Origin: Candidatus Limnocylindrales bacterium | GTDB lineage: Bacteria > Chloroflexota > Limnocylindria > Limnocylindrales > CSP1-4 | Direction of reading: 5' to 3' | Length of the DNA stretch: 64,000 nucleotides | Assembly (NCBI GenBank): GCA_036002405.1 | Contig: DASYTK010000013.1 | Coordinates: forward strand, 3,459 to 67,458 | In this document: in pieces, positions 54,308-63,865 of the stretch | Position numbering within the stretch: position 1 is the stretch's first letter | How the letters are laid out: every line of letters begins with the position of its first letter | Notes under the pieces: model-generated | What the model was told of the DNA's origin: nothing | Database searches by the model: none | Seen by the model: only the letters and a program-made list of their open reading frames with translations | Made by a program: the position numbers and the translations under genes

Positions 54308-55738
54308 TCAGCCCACGTGCTCGCCGGTCCCCCGCTCGACCGGATAGCCGGCTGCGCGCCACGAGGGCACGCCACCGCTGACCCACCCGACCCGCTCGAA
54401 GCCGGCCTGGCGGAGCAGGCTCGCGGCGACGGACGAGCGATAGCCCGAGGCACAGATGGTCACGATCGGCCGGTCGCGAGGCAGCCGATCGAGCCGCTCC
54501 GGGAGGTCGCCCGCCATCAGGTGGACGGAACCGGGGATGTGGGCTCGCTCGAACTCGTCGCGCTGGCGGACGTCGAGGATGAGCGGTCCCCGTCCATTCG
54601 CGGCCGGGACGTCACGCTCCCCGGTAGCGAGCAGGTCGTGGAGTTCGCCGACCGTGAACCGGCCGCTCGCCTCGACCGGCCCGCCCGAGCCCTGCCAGGC
54701 TTCAAAGCCCCCGTGCAGGTAGCCTTCGATGCCCTCGTATCCGATCCGCAGCGCCTGGCGGACCGCGTCGTCCCACTCCGCGGTCGAGGCGAGAAGCAGG
54801 ATGAGCGGCCGGTCGTGGGGCACGACCCAGCCAAGCCACGTCCCGAACGAGCTGCCGGCGGGGATCGAGATCGAGCCCGGGACGTGCGCGAGGATGTGCT
54901 CGGCCGGGCTGCGCAGGTCGACCAGGAGATGATCACCCGCCAGGAGCTCACGCACCCGGTCCACCGGCAGCGGCTGGGCCTCGGGCAGGCGCCCGATCGG
55001 GCGTGGCCCCTGCTGGTTGATCGGCCGCATCCGGGCGAAGTACCGGGGATAGGCGGGCTGGTCGGCCAGGAGCGTCCGGACGAAGGTCTCGACGTCCTCG
55101 ATCGCCAGCAGGCCGTCGTGCCGCCGCTCGTAGCCGAGCGTGCTCCAGGGCGTCGAGGCGATCGACTTCGAGCAGAGCGACCCGCCGCCGTGGGTCGGAT
55201 AGATCGCCACATGATCGGGGTGGGGAAGGATCCGCTCGTGGAGCGAGGCGTGCATCTGGCGTGCGAATGACTCCGCGTTTTCCGCGCCGAGCAGATCCGT
55301 CCGTCCGACCGCGCCCACGAGCAGAGACCCACCCGTGAACATCAGGAGCGGCTCGTCGGCCCGACTCCGGTCGGCCACGGCATAGCAGACGTGCTCAGGC
55401 GTATGGCCCGGCGTCTCGAGCGTCGTGAAGCGGATCGAGCCCACGTCGAAGGCGTCTCCCTGCCGCAGGGCCTGGTACGGCTGCGCGAGGTCGGCCCCTG
55501 CGCCGATCACGTGCCGGGCGCCGGTGAGCTCGACGAGCTCGCGGGCACCGGAGACGTAGTCGTTGTGCAGGTGCGTCTCGGCGACGTGGCTGATCCGGAG
55601 CCCCCGCTCACGCGCGGCGTCGAGGTAGACGTCGACGTCACGGCGCGGATCGACGACCGCGGCGATCCCCTGGGTCTCGTCCGCGACGAGCGCGCTGATA
55701 TGGCCAAGGCCCGGGACGACGAACTGCCGCAGGTCCAT
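54308..55738 (-). CDS. MBL-fold metallo-hydrolase fused to two rhodanese domains (persulfide-dioxygenase/sulfurtransferase-like)
   Basis: N-terminal HxHxDx motif ETHLHNDYVSG plus downstream metal ligands. C-terminal rhodanese with active-site loop ICASGYRSS. Ends 24 bp before the lasso B1 start on the same strand. Confidence 0.7.
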   Translation of the reverse strand: MDLRQFVVPGLGHISALVADETQGIAAVVDPRRDVDVYLDAARERGLRISHVAETHLHNDYVSGARELVELTGARHVIGAGADLAQPYQALRQGDAFDVGSIRFTTLETPGHTPEHVCYAVADRSRADEPLLMFTGGSLLVGAVGRTDLLGAENAESFARQMHASLHERILPHPDHVAIYPTHGGGSLCSKSIASTPWSTLGYERRHDGLLAIEDVETFVRTLLADQPAYPRYFARMRPINQQGPRPIGRLPEAQPLPVDRVRELLAGDHLLVDLRSPAEHILAHVPGSISIPAGSSFGTWLGWVVPHDRPLILLLASTAEWDDAVRQALRIGYEGIEGYLHGGFEAWQGSGGPVEASGRFTVGELHDLLATGERDVPAANGRGPLILDVRQRDEFERAHIPGSVHLMAGDLPERLDRLPRDRPIVTICASGYRSSVAASLLRQAGFERVGWVSGGVPSWRAAGYPVERGTGEHVG

Positions 55739-55796
55739 CGCCGGAGGATAGCAGCGCAGTGCGGCCGCTCCGACCCTGGGCTACCATCCGCTTCCC

Positions 55797-57509
55797 GTGC
55801 CCCCTTTGGATCGCTCGCGCCCGGCCGACGGCCTGCGATCGTTCGCCCGGCCGCTTCTCCAGCCGGGTCGCCCGCTGGCGGTCCACCCCGTGCTCTTCGC
55901 CGCCTACGCGGTCCTCTTTCTCTACGCCCAGAACATCGGCGAGGCGGAGCTCGGCGATCTGTGGCCGCCGCTCGTCAGGATCGTCCTCGCAGTCGCCGCC
56001 TCGCTCGTTCTCGGCACGCTCCTCTTGCGAGATGCTCGACGCGCAGCGCTCGTCCTGACGGCCGCGGTGGTGGCGTTCTTCGCGTTCGGCCACGTCGCGA
56101 ACCTCATCGAGCCCTGGCGGGTCGACCCCGCCGCCCAGATGGCCGCCTGGGTGACTCTCATCCTCATCGCCGCCTTCGTCGCGCTGGTCGCGAGACCGCT
56201 CCTTTCGCCTGCGACGCGGCTGCTCGATGCGATCGGCGCCGTCCTCGTGGGGATCGCCCTCGTTCAGATCGTCCCGGCCGAGATCGCCCGGGCCGCGATC
56301 CATCCGACGGCGAGGGCCTCGACGGTCGCCGCGGGGAGCGCCACGACGCAGGGGCCGCTGCGCGACATCTACTACCTGATCTTCGATCGCTACGGCTCGA
56401 ACAACTCCCTCAAGGTCGGCTTCGGCATCGACAACGACCTGCCCGACTGGCTGACCCAGCGCGGCTTCTCCGTCGCGCCGCTCAGCCACGCGAACTACGT
56501 GCGCACGACGCTGTCGCTGGCGGGGACCCTGAACCTGGACTACTGGAACGAACTGGCGGACCGGATGGGCCCGGACAACAGGAACTACGGACCGATCCAC
56601 GAGATGCTCCAGGACCATGCCGTCGCTCGGTTCCTGAAGGACCGCGGCTACCGCTACATCCACCTGGGGTCCTGGTGGGACCCCACGAAGAGATTCCGGA
56701 TCGCCGACGAGAACCTCGTCTGGGAGGATGCCCCGCCCGAGTTCGAGCTCGTGCTCTACGAGACGACCGCGGCGCCCACGATCGAGCGCTGGCTGTCGCC
56801 GCCGACCGCGATCCCCGGCGGAGAGCAAGCGCATCGGGAGAGCGCGCTCTACGAGCTGCGGACGCTCCTCGACCTCGTCGACGATCCGGGCCCCAAGCTC
56901 GTCACCGCCCACGTCCTCCTGCCCCATGAGCCGTACGTCTTCGACGCCCAGGGGCGCTACATCCCGAAGCCCCAGCGGCTCGCCCGTCCGGAGAGCGCGC
57001 GGTACGGCGACCAGATGCGCTACCTGAACGGCCGGATCCGCGAGCTCGTCTCGGCGATGCTCGCCCTCCCCGAGGAACGCCGCCCGATCATCGTCATCCA
57101 GGCCGACGAGGGCCCCTACCCTCCGCGCTTCGTCGACCCGAATCTGCCCTGGACCGAGGCGACGGTGCCCGAGCTGGAGATGAAGTACGGGATCATCAAT
57201 GCCTTCTACCTGCCGGGCCTGAAGGAGGACCCCGTCTATCCCACGATCAGCTCGGTGAACACGTTCCGGCTCATCTTCAGCGAGTACTTCGGTGCGGATC
57301 TTCCCTTCCTGCCGGACCGGAGCTTCGTGAGCCGGACGAGCACGTATCCCTACGATCTGACCGAGATCACCGACTTGCTGCCGACCGTGAACGGCAAGCC
57401 GCCTCCTCCGCCGAAGTCGGTCATCCCGGGACCCGGGCGGGACGGCCGACCGCTCGAGCCCTCGGCCCCGCCGGCCGCTCCCGCACAGACGCCCCTGCCG
57501 CCCGAATAG
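55797..57509 (+). CDS. membrane-anchored alkaline-phosphatase-superfamily protein (sulfatase / LTA-synthase-like)
   Basis: N-terminal multi-TM region followed by a large extracytoplasmic hydrolase-like domain and a Pro-rich C-terminus. Assignment is by architecture only. Confidence 0.45.
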   Translation: MPPLDRSRPADGLRSFARPLLQPGRPLAVHPVLFAAYAVLFLYAQNIGEAELGDLWPPLVRIVLAVAASLVLGTLLLRDARRAALVLTAAVVAFFAFGHVANLIEPWRVDPAAQMAAWVTLILIAAFVALVARPLLSPATRLLDAIGAVLVGIALVQIVPAEIARAAIHPTARASTVAAGSATTQGPLRDIYYLIFDRYGSNNSLKVGFGIDNDLPDWLTQRGFSVAPLSHANYVRTTLSLAGTLNLDYWNELADRMGPDNRNYGPIHEMLQDHAVARFLKDRGYRYIHLGSWWDPTKRFRIADENLVWEDAPPEFELVLYETTAAPTIERWLSPPTAIPGGEQAHRESALYELRTLLDLVDDPGPKLVTAHVLLPHEPYVFDAQGRYIPKPQRLARPESARYGDQMRYLNGRIRELVSAMLALPEERRPIIVIQADEGPYPPRFVDPNLPWTEATVPELEMKYGIINAFYLPGLKEDPVYPTISSVNTFRLIFSEYFGADLPFLPDRSFVSRTSTYPYDLTEITDLLPTVNGKPPPPPKSVIPGPGRDGRPLEPSAPPAAPAQTPLPPE

Positions 57510-57575
57510 CCGCGCGGGACGACGTTCCCACCGCGGGGACGACCACGTATCCTTCCTGCCGAGGAGGAGAGGGGT

Positions 57576-58928
57576 ATGGGGCTCTTCATCGTCGGCGCCG
57601 GACACGTCGGACTGGTCACGGCGGTCGGCTTCGCGCGGCTCGGCCATCACGTGACGGTCAGCGACATCGATCCCGAACGGATCCGAAGTCTCGGCCTCGG
57701 GAGGAGCCCGTTCTACGAGCCAGGGCTCGATGACGGTCTGCGAGAGGCCGTCGAGAGCGGGCGCCTCTCCTACACCCACGACCCCCTTCCACCACCCGAT
57801 GCGGCGGTCACGTTCGTCTGCACCGCGACGGCGCCGACCTCGATCGAGCGGCTGCCGATGGACTCCGTCGAGGCCGTCCTGGACGGCCTGCTGGTCGCCG
57901 CGGCCCCCGACCACGTCGTCGCCGTTCGCTCGACCCTGCCGCTCCATGGCGTGACACGGCTGCGGGGGATCCTGGGAGCACATGCCGGACCACGCCCGCG
58001 GGTGGTCGTGAATCCAGAGTTCATGCGCGAAGCGACAGCCCTCGCGGATTTCGCCCGCCCGAGCCGGGTGCTCGTGGGCTGGCTCGAGGATGAAGACCGC
58101 GCCGCCGCCGTCCGAGTCGCCGAGCTCTTCGCGCCGCTCGAGGCGCCGACGGTCGTCACCGACGCGAGCTCGGTGGCGATCGCGAAACTGGCCGCGAACT
58201 CCTTCCTGGCCGCCAAGGTCACGTTCGCAAACGAGGTGGCCCGGATCTGCGACGCGCTCGGGGCCGATGCGACGACCGTGCTGGGCGCGGTCGGGATGGA
58301 CCCACGGATCGGGAGCGCCTTCCTCGCCCCCGGGCCAGGCGTCGGCGGCTCGTGTCTGCCCGACCAGGTCGCGGCGCTGGCCGACGACACTCGCCGGCGA
58401 GGGATCCGGCTACCGCTTCTCCAGACGATCGGCGAGGCGAACGAGGTCCACGCCGAAGCGATCGTGGAGCGACTGGGTCATGAGCTTGCGGATGAGGGTG
58501 GCCTGATCGGGAACCGGATCTGTCTGCTGGGACTCGCGTTCAAGTCGGACACCGACGACGTCTCGGCGTCACCTGCCCTGAGGCTCGCCGCGGCGCTTCG
58601 TCGGGCCGGGGCATGGGTGACCGCCTATGACCCGCGCGTCACGGCCGAGATCATCGGCCTCGAGGCCGGCGTCGAGCTCGCCCCCGATCCCGGCGCCGCG
58701 GTGGCTGGGACGCAGGCCGTGCTGATCACCACGGAATGGCCGGAGTTCGCCTCCCTCACCTGGGAGCAGCTCGCGAAACGGATGCGCGGGGACCTCGTCT
58801 TCGACACCCGGCGGATCGCCGACCCCGATGCGGTCGGGCGGGCCGGCCTACGCTACCTCGCGCTCGGCCGCGCGGACGGCCTTCCGGTCGCCGCGCACGA
58901 GATCCTCGTCCGGGCCTCGACCGGCTGA
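57576..58928 (+). CDS. UDP-glucose/GDP-mannose 6-dehydrogenase family enzyme
   Basis: N-terminal Rossmann GAGHVGLVTAVGFA and catalytic Cys block GPGVGGSCLPDQV. A GAGGAGAGGGG SD lies upstream. Confidence 0.85.
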   Translation: MGLFIVGAGHVGLVTAVGFARLGHHVTVSDIDPERIRSLGLGRSPFYEPGLDDGLREAVESGRLSYTHDPLPPPDAAVTFVCTATAPTSIERLPMDSVEAVLDGLLVAAAPDHVVAVRSTLPLHGVTRLRGILGAHAGPRPRVVVNPEFMREATALADFARPSRVLVGWLEDEDRAAAVRVAELFAPLEAPTVVTDASSVAIAKLAANSFLAAKVTFANEVARICDALGADATTVLGAVGMDPRIGSAFLAPGPGVGGSCLPDQVAALADDTRRRGIRLPLLQTIGEANEVHAEAIVERLGHELADEGGLIGNRICLLGLAFKSDTDDVSASPALRLAAALRRAGAWVTAYDPRVTAEIIGLEAGVELAPDPGAAVAGTQAVLITTEWPEFASLTWEQLAKRMRGDLVFDTRRIADPDAVGRAGLRYLALGRADGLPVAAHEILVRASTG

Positions 58929-59761
58929 GGCCGGGCCAGCAGGCCGACGTGTGGCCCGGTCGATCCCGGCCGCGCGGTGCTCAGGTGGTCCAGCTCCCAT
59001 TCGGAGGCCAGCTCGTCCAGGAGGCCGTCGCCCGGTTCGTCGTCGTCGGAGACGATCAGGCCGGAGGGCGCCATGAACGGGCGGACGGTACGGAACTCAA
59101 ACTCGCGGTGTGACCGGGAGTGATCGGAGTCGTGCAGGAACAGGTCGATGGGCGCCAGGCGCGCGACCGCGTTGGGCAAGACCTTCCGGCTGTCGCCCAG
59201 GAGCAGCCTCCAGCGATGCCGGTACTCGTGGGCCACGAGCCAGCCCGGCCCGTCGACGCCGAGCGGCAGGTCTGTGCTGGGCAGGTCGATGCTCGTCAGC
59301 GCCCCGTGCCTGTTCCGGTCGAGGGCTCGGAGAATGAGCGCCGTCGACAGACCGTCGTGGACGCCCGTCTCGACGACGACGCCTGGACCCAAGAGGCGGA
59401 CGAGCGCGTAGAGGATCTTGAATCGTCCGAGGTCGAACGTGTCAGCCCACTCCGGCCGCGTCTCGCGGTATCTGAGCCGCAGCTCCCCCAGGATCTGCTC
59501 CGCCTCCGCCTCACGAAAGAGCGCGTCGGCCACCGCCGCGGGCCGACCCGTGGCCTGCGCCACGAGCTCGATGCCGGCGAGGCGCGACGATGCCCGGTAG
59601 CGGTTCGAGAGGCCGAGCGGATCACCCCTCACCAAGCGAATGACGTGCCGTGCCGTGCGGTCGGGATGGCGAAGGGCGCGGGCGATCGCCGGCACCGCAC
59701 CCTCGACTGCGATCCGGCGGCGGTAGATCTCCAGGAGACCGCGACGCGTACGGTCCCTCAC
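58853..59761 (-). CDS. class-I SAM-dependent methyltransferase (CmcI/TylF-like)
   Basis: Motif I-like VVVETGVHDGLSTALIL and motif LFLHDSDHS. Convergent with Ugd, with about 75 nt 3' overlap. Confidence 0.55.
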   Translation of the reverse strand: MRDRTRRGLLEIYRRRIAVEGAVPAIARALRHPDRTARHVIRLVRGDPLGLSNRYRASSRLAGIELVAQATGRPAAVADALFREAEAEQILGELRLRYRETRPEWADTFDLGRFKILYALVRLLGPGVVVETGVHDGLSTALILRALDRNRHGALTSIDLPSTDLPLGVDGPGWLVAHEYRHRWRLLLGDSRKVLPNAVARLAPIDLFLHDSDHSRSHREFEFRTVRPFMAPSGLIVSDDDEPGDGLLDELASEWELDHLSTARPGSTGPHVGLLARPQPVEARTRISCAATGRPSARPSAR

Positions 59762-60691
59762 CCCTGGCCTCCTCCGGCCGACGCGCCAGCCGCCTGAGGA
59801 TGCTCGAGCCCGGGCTTGCGCGCGATCACCCCGATGTGGTTCGGCCGTCCATCGGAGAGAACGTCGGCGAGGCGGACGACCGCCCCGGCCAAAACCCGCA
59901 CGGGTGCACGAGCTCGACTGAACCTGCGCAACGACAGGGCCCGACGCTGGCGATAAGGACGGGTCGACGTCAACTCAAAGCCGACGGATTCGAGGAGCTG
60001 CGCGATGCTCGTCGGGTCGAAGGCGAAGCGGTGGGCAGGCGAATAGACCTGCAGCAGGATCCAGGACCAGCGTCCGAATGACAGGCGATAGGCCATGCGC
60101 GCGATCCGGCGGTACGGTCCGTCCGAGGGCATCTGTGCGACGAGCCAGCCTCCGCGCCGCAGGAGCCGATGGATCGCCTCGAGCTCGACTCTCGGTTCGG
60201 TGACGTGCGGCAGCACGCACATGCTGGTGACGACGTCGCAGGAAGCGGGTTCGAGCTCGAGCCGAGGAAGGGGACCGACGAGGAACCGGATGCCCAGCCG
60301 ACCGAGTGGCACGGCCGGGCCACCAACGAGGTCATTGCCCTGCGCCGTCCAGCCGCGCCTCGCGGCCTCCAGCAGGACCTGGCCGTTCCCGCAGCCGTGG
60401 TCGTGGAGAAGCCCAGGGCGGCGACGCGACCGACCCGACCAGATCGAGGATCTCCGCGGCCCGCTCATCGGTGCCGCACGACCCGGGCCGTCCGTAGAGC
60501 CGGTCCAGCGCCGCCTCCGTCCCATCGGTGGGTGGCGTTTCGCGGCAGTCGACGAAGTCCACCGAGTGCTCCGGGCAACGAAGCACGGGCGCAGTCGAGG
60601 CATCAGCGGGCACCGCGCCGATCCGGAGGTACTCGCGCCCCGGGCCGCAGAGCGGGCAGGCAGCGAACTGCGCTCGAGTGCGACGCTCCAT
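59758..60691 (-). pseudogene. C-methyltransferase-like gene (Zn-ribbon N-domain + class-I MTase) interrupted by a +/-1 frameshift near 60.42 kb
   Basis: N-terminus (60691-about 60430) reads MERRTRAQFAACPLCGPGREY...RCPEH...LDRLYGRPG...AAEILDLVGS (Methyltransf_13-like Zn domain). Motif I LLHDHGCGNGQVLLEAA continues in another frame; the shift falls in a ccgccc run. This could be a sequencing error rather than a true pseudogene. Confidence 0.45.
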
Positions 60692-60747
60692 CCCCGAATG
60701 ATGACTCCACCTGCCGTCGGGGGACTGCCTGTCGTGGAGCCGGGACG

Positions 60748-61656
60748 ATGATCGCGGCGCAGCTCCGGCGGATCGGTCGCAGGATCGCGGTCGTCGTCCT
60801 GCGTCCGGCCACGGTCCGGCGCTCGGCTCGGCTCCTGACGCGACGCGGTTTCGTGCCCCAGGCGCTCTGGCTCCGGCTTCCCGTCGACGCCGACTTCCCT
60901 GTCGCGGTCCCGGGGGGATCGTCGTTCCTGTACCGATCGAGTGCCGGGGACGGCGTCGGGCGCGCGCTTTACTGGCGCGGCCTGCGGGGCTATGAGCCCG
61001 AGACGGTCGCGATCTTCTCATCCCTGGCGCGTGCGGCTCGGACCGTTGTCGACGTGGGCGCGCATGCGGGAGTCTTCACCCTGCTCGCCTGCGCTGTGAA
61101 CCCCGAGATCCGGGTCATCGCCTTCGAGCCGGTGCCCGGCCTCGTCGCCGCCCTCGAGCGAAACCTCGCCTTGAACGGCTGGACCCAGCGCTGCGACATC
61201 CGACGACTGGCCGCCGCAGACCTCATCGGATCCCTGCCGCTCCGCGTCCCTGCCGGAGGCGCCCCGGTGGGCGCCACGCTCGCCGAGCCACGTCATCGAT
61301 CCCTCGACGAGCACACGATCGTGGTCCAGACGACGACGCTCGACGCGGCGATCGGCCCGGAAGCAGGTGCGGTCGATCTCGTGAAGATCGACGTCGAGCG
61401 TGCCGAGGATCGCGTCGTCCGAGGGATGATCGGGATCCTCCACAGGGACCGGCCGGCCATCGTGGTCGAGTGCATCAGGGGCGGTCCGACGGCCTCGATC
61501 GAGCAGCCGCTCCGAGGGCTCGGGTACCGCTTCTTCCACCTTCGTGATGCGCCGGTCGAGGTCGACCGGCTCGAGGCCGATCCCGGGCGCCGCTGGCGGA
61601 ACTATCTCTGCCTGCCCGATTCCCGGACGCTGCCCTCTCCGACGGAGCTGCCCTGA
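60748..61656 (+). CDS. FkbM-family methyltransferase
   Basis: FkbM motifs VVDVGAHAGVFTL and DLVKIDVERAEDRV. ATG at 60748. Confidence 0.7.
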   Translation: MIAAQLRRIGRRIAVVVLRPATVRRSARLLTRRGFVPQALWLRLPVDADFPVAVPGGSSFLYRSSAGDGVGRALYWRGLRGYEPETVAIFSSLARAARTVVDVGAHAGVFTLLACAVNPEIRVIAFEPVPGLVAALERNLALNGWTQRCDIRRLAAADLIGSLPLRVPAGGAPVGATLAEPRHRSLDEHTIVVQTTTLDAAIGPEAGAVDLVKIDVERAEDRVVRGMIGILHRDRPAIVVECIRGGPTASIEQPLRGLGYRFFHLRDAPVEVDRLEADPGRRWRNYLCLPDSRTLPSPTELP

Positions 61657-62822
61657 GCGGACGTGCGACCGGAGGACGTCGCGCCCGCCGGGGCGAGCCC
61701 GCCCACCGGTCGTCCCGCCAGCGCCTCCTCGTAGACGCCCAGCGTCGCGCGAGCTACGTCGTCCCAACTCCAACTGGCGGCCCGCCGTCGGCCGGCCGCC
61801 ACGAGCTCGTCGCGGCGCGCGAATGCCTGTCGGATCCCCTCGGCGATCCCGGGCTCACTGCGAGGGTCGACGAGGATCGCGGCTCCCCCGGCCGTCTCGG
61901 GCATCGCGGAGGTGGCCGACGCGACGACGGGGGCACCGGCGGCCATCGCGTCGAGGATGGGGAGCCCGAACCCCTCGTAGCGCGAGACATAGGCGAAGGC
62001 CCCGCAGGCCGCGGTGAGCTCGCGGAGCTCCTCGTCTGGCACGTAGCCCGCCAGGACAATCCTCCGGGCCGCAGGGCCCTCGCGCAGCAAGCGACGCGTG
62101 GGGCCGTCGCGCCAGCCGGGCGGGCCGCAGATGACGAGGCGGAGACCGGGGTCGTCGACAGCCAGCCGCGCGAAGGCCCCGGCCAGCCGGCCGAGGTTCT
62201 TGCGAGGCTCGAGCGTTCCCGCCGCGAGCACGTACCGGCCGGGCTCGAGTCCGAGCCGGCTGAGGATCCCGCCGCCCGATCGATGCGATCCGCCGGCGGA
62301 GGACGGCTCGGCAGGCGTCCCCCACGACGTGGCGAGCGGGATGACCGCGATCCGACCGCGAGGCACCCGGAGGAGACGCTCGACCTCGCCGCGGGTCGCA
62401 TCGGAGGGAACGATCACGGCCCGTGCCACCCTCGCCGCGGCGAGGAGCAGCGGGACGGTGAGCAGCCGCCCGACCGGGTGGTAGTGGGGATAGCGCAGGA
62501 CCGAGAGATCCTGGATCGTGAGGACGAACGGGACGCTCGAGCGCAGCGGCGCCGCCGCGTTCGTGTAGTGGGCGAGTGCGACGCCCAGCCTCCGGATCTC
62601 TCGGTCGGCGCGAACGAGCAGCCAGCGGTAGCGCGAGCCGCCGGCGAAGATCGTGGCGGCGAGCCCCGGCGGCGGCGGGGGATCGGCGTCCCCTCGGACC
62701 CCGACGAAGATAATGCGCTCCGGGGCGAGCCGGCCGAGCGCCGAGCGGAGCTCGCGTACGTAGACGCCCACGCCCGTGAGAGGACGTCGCTCCGGAGCCG
62801 CCTCGACGGCGATCCGCGGCAT
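61602..62822 (-). CDS. GT4-family glycosyltransferase
   Basis: GT-B C-terminal motif VSRYEGFGLPILDAMAAGAPVVAS (EX7E-like). ATG at 62822 (MPRIAVEAAP). Confidence 0.75.
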   Translation of the reverse strand: MPRIAVEAAPERRPLTGVGVYVRELRSALGRLAPERIIFVGVRGDADPPPPPGLAATIFAGGSRYRWLLVRADREIRRLGVALAHYTNAAAPLRSSVPFVLTIQDLSVLRYPHYHPVGRLLTVPLLLAAARVARAVIVPSDATRGEVERLLRVPRGRIAVIPLATSWGTPAEPSSAGGSHRSGGGILSRLGLEPGRYVLAAGTLEPRKNLGRLAGAFARLAVDDPGLRLVICGPPGWRDGPTRRLLREGPAARRIVLAGYVPDEELRELTAACGAFAYVSRYEGFGLPILDAMAAGAPVVASATSAMPETAGGAAILVDPRSEPGIAEGIRQAFARRDELVAAGRRRAASWSWDDVARATLGVYEEALAGRPVGGLAPAGATSSGRTSAQGSSVGEGSVRESGRQR

Positions 62823-62935
62823 CCCTCGCTCCTCGTTCCCGTCGCGGCTGACGGGCGACCCTACAATCGGCACCCCCAGTCCGGTACTCACGGGGAAGGA
62901 GGAACGCCCTGACGCCTCCACGCGGCGCCGACTCG

Positions 62936-63826
62936 ATGCCCGAGGTTTCGGTCGTCGTGCCCTCGATCCAGGGCTGGCCCGCCATCGCTCAGACGCTCGA
63001 GGCGATCCGCGACCAGGCGGATGGTCGCCCGGTCGAGGTCGTCGTCGTCGACGGGAGCGACCGGCCCGAGCCGCCCGAGGACGCGCGCTGGCCCGGCCTG
63101 CGCTGGCTGCGGGCGCCCGGCCGCTCGACATATCAGCTGCGCCCGCTTGGATATCGGGCGACGAGCGGAAGCCTCGTCGCGGTCACCGAGGATCACTGCA
63201 TCCCCGCCGCGGACTGGATCGAGCGGATCGTGGCCGCTCATGCCGCCTATCCCCGGGCGGCCGTCGTCGGAGGCGCGATCGAGAACGCCTCGCCAGAGCA
63301 GGTCGTGGCGCGCGCCGCGTTCCTTGTGACTCACACTCGTTTCATGCCGCCACTGCCACGCGGACCCGCCGAGCACCTGCCCGGACCGGCCAACCTCTCC
63401 TTCAAGCGCCACGTCCTCGAGCGGATCCCGGAGCATGGCTCGCTCGGCGTCGTCGAGGGCTTCGACGGAGCCGCGCTCGCCGCCGAGGGCGAGATCCTCA
63501 TCCTCGACGATCGGATCCGGGTCGGACACCGGCATGCCTTCGACCTCCGCGAGGAGTCGGCGATCCAGTTCCACGACGGGCGCACCGCGGCCGGCTTTCG
63601 CCGAACCGTCATGGACCGCCGGGACTGGCTCCGGCTCGCTGCGCTCGGCCTCCTCCCCTTCGCCCGTAGCCTCCGCGGAGCGACGACCGCAACGCGGAAG
63701 GGTGTCCCCCCGCGGCGCGTGGCGGGCGCGCTTCCGCTCATCGTATGGCTCCAGCTCTGCCATGCGCTGGGCGAGCTCGTCGGCTATGCCTCGGGACCCG
63801 GGACGAGCCCGGGCAAGCTCGTCTAG
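62936..63826 (+). CDS. GT2-family glycosyltransferase
   Basis: N-terminus VSVVVPSIQGWPAIAQTLEAIRDQ...VEVVVVDGSD (GT-A fold DxD region), with a TEDHCIP block. Confidence 0.65.
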   Translation: MPEVSVVVPSIQGWPAIAQTLEAIRDQADGRPVEVVVVDGSDRPEPPEDARWPGLRWLRAPGRSTYQLRPLGYRATSGSLVAVTEDHCIPAADWIERIVAAHAAYPRAAVVGGAIENASPEQVVARAAFLVTHTRFMPPLPRGPAEHLPGPANLSFKRHVLERIPEHGSLGVVEGFDGAALAAEGEILILDDRIRVGHRHAFDLREESAIQFHDGRTAAGFRRTVMDRRDWLRLAALGLLPFARSLRGATTATRKGVPPRRVAGALPLIVWLQLCHALGELVGYASGPGTSPGKLV

Positions 63827-63865
63827 ATCGTGGTCGTCGAGGCGGTCCCACGGGCGACAGCCGCG

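Noticed and set aside
55638-57983. 781-aa minus-strand ORF, plus 53741-55270 and 55391-56929 plus-strand ORFs
   Set aside because: These overlap the MBL-rhodanese, sulfatase-like and Ugd genes, which have clear motifs. The translations are low complexity.
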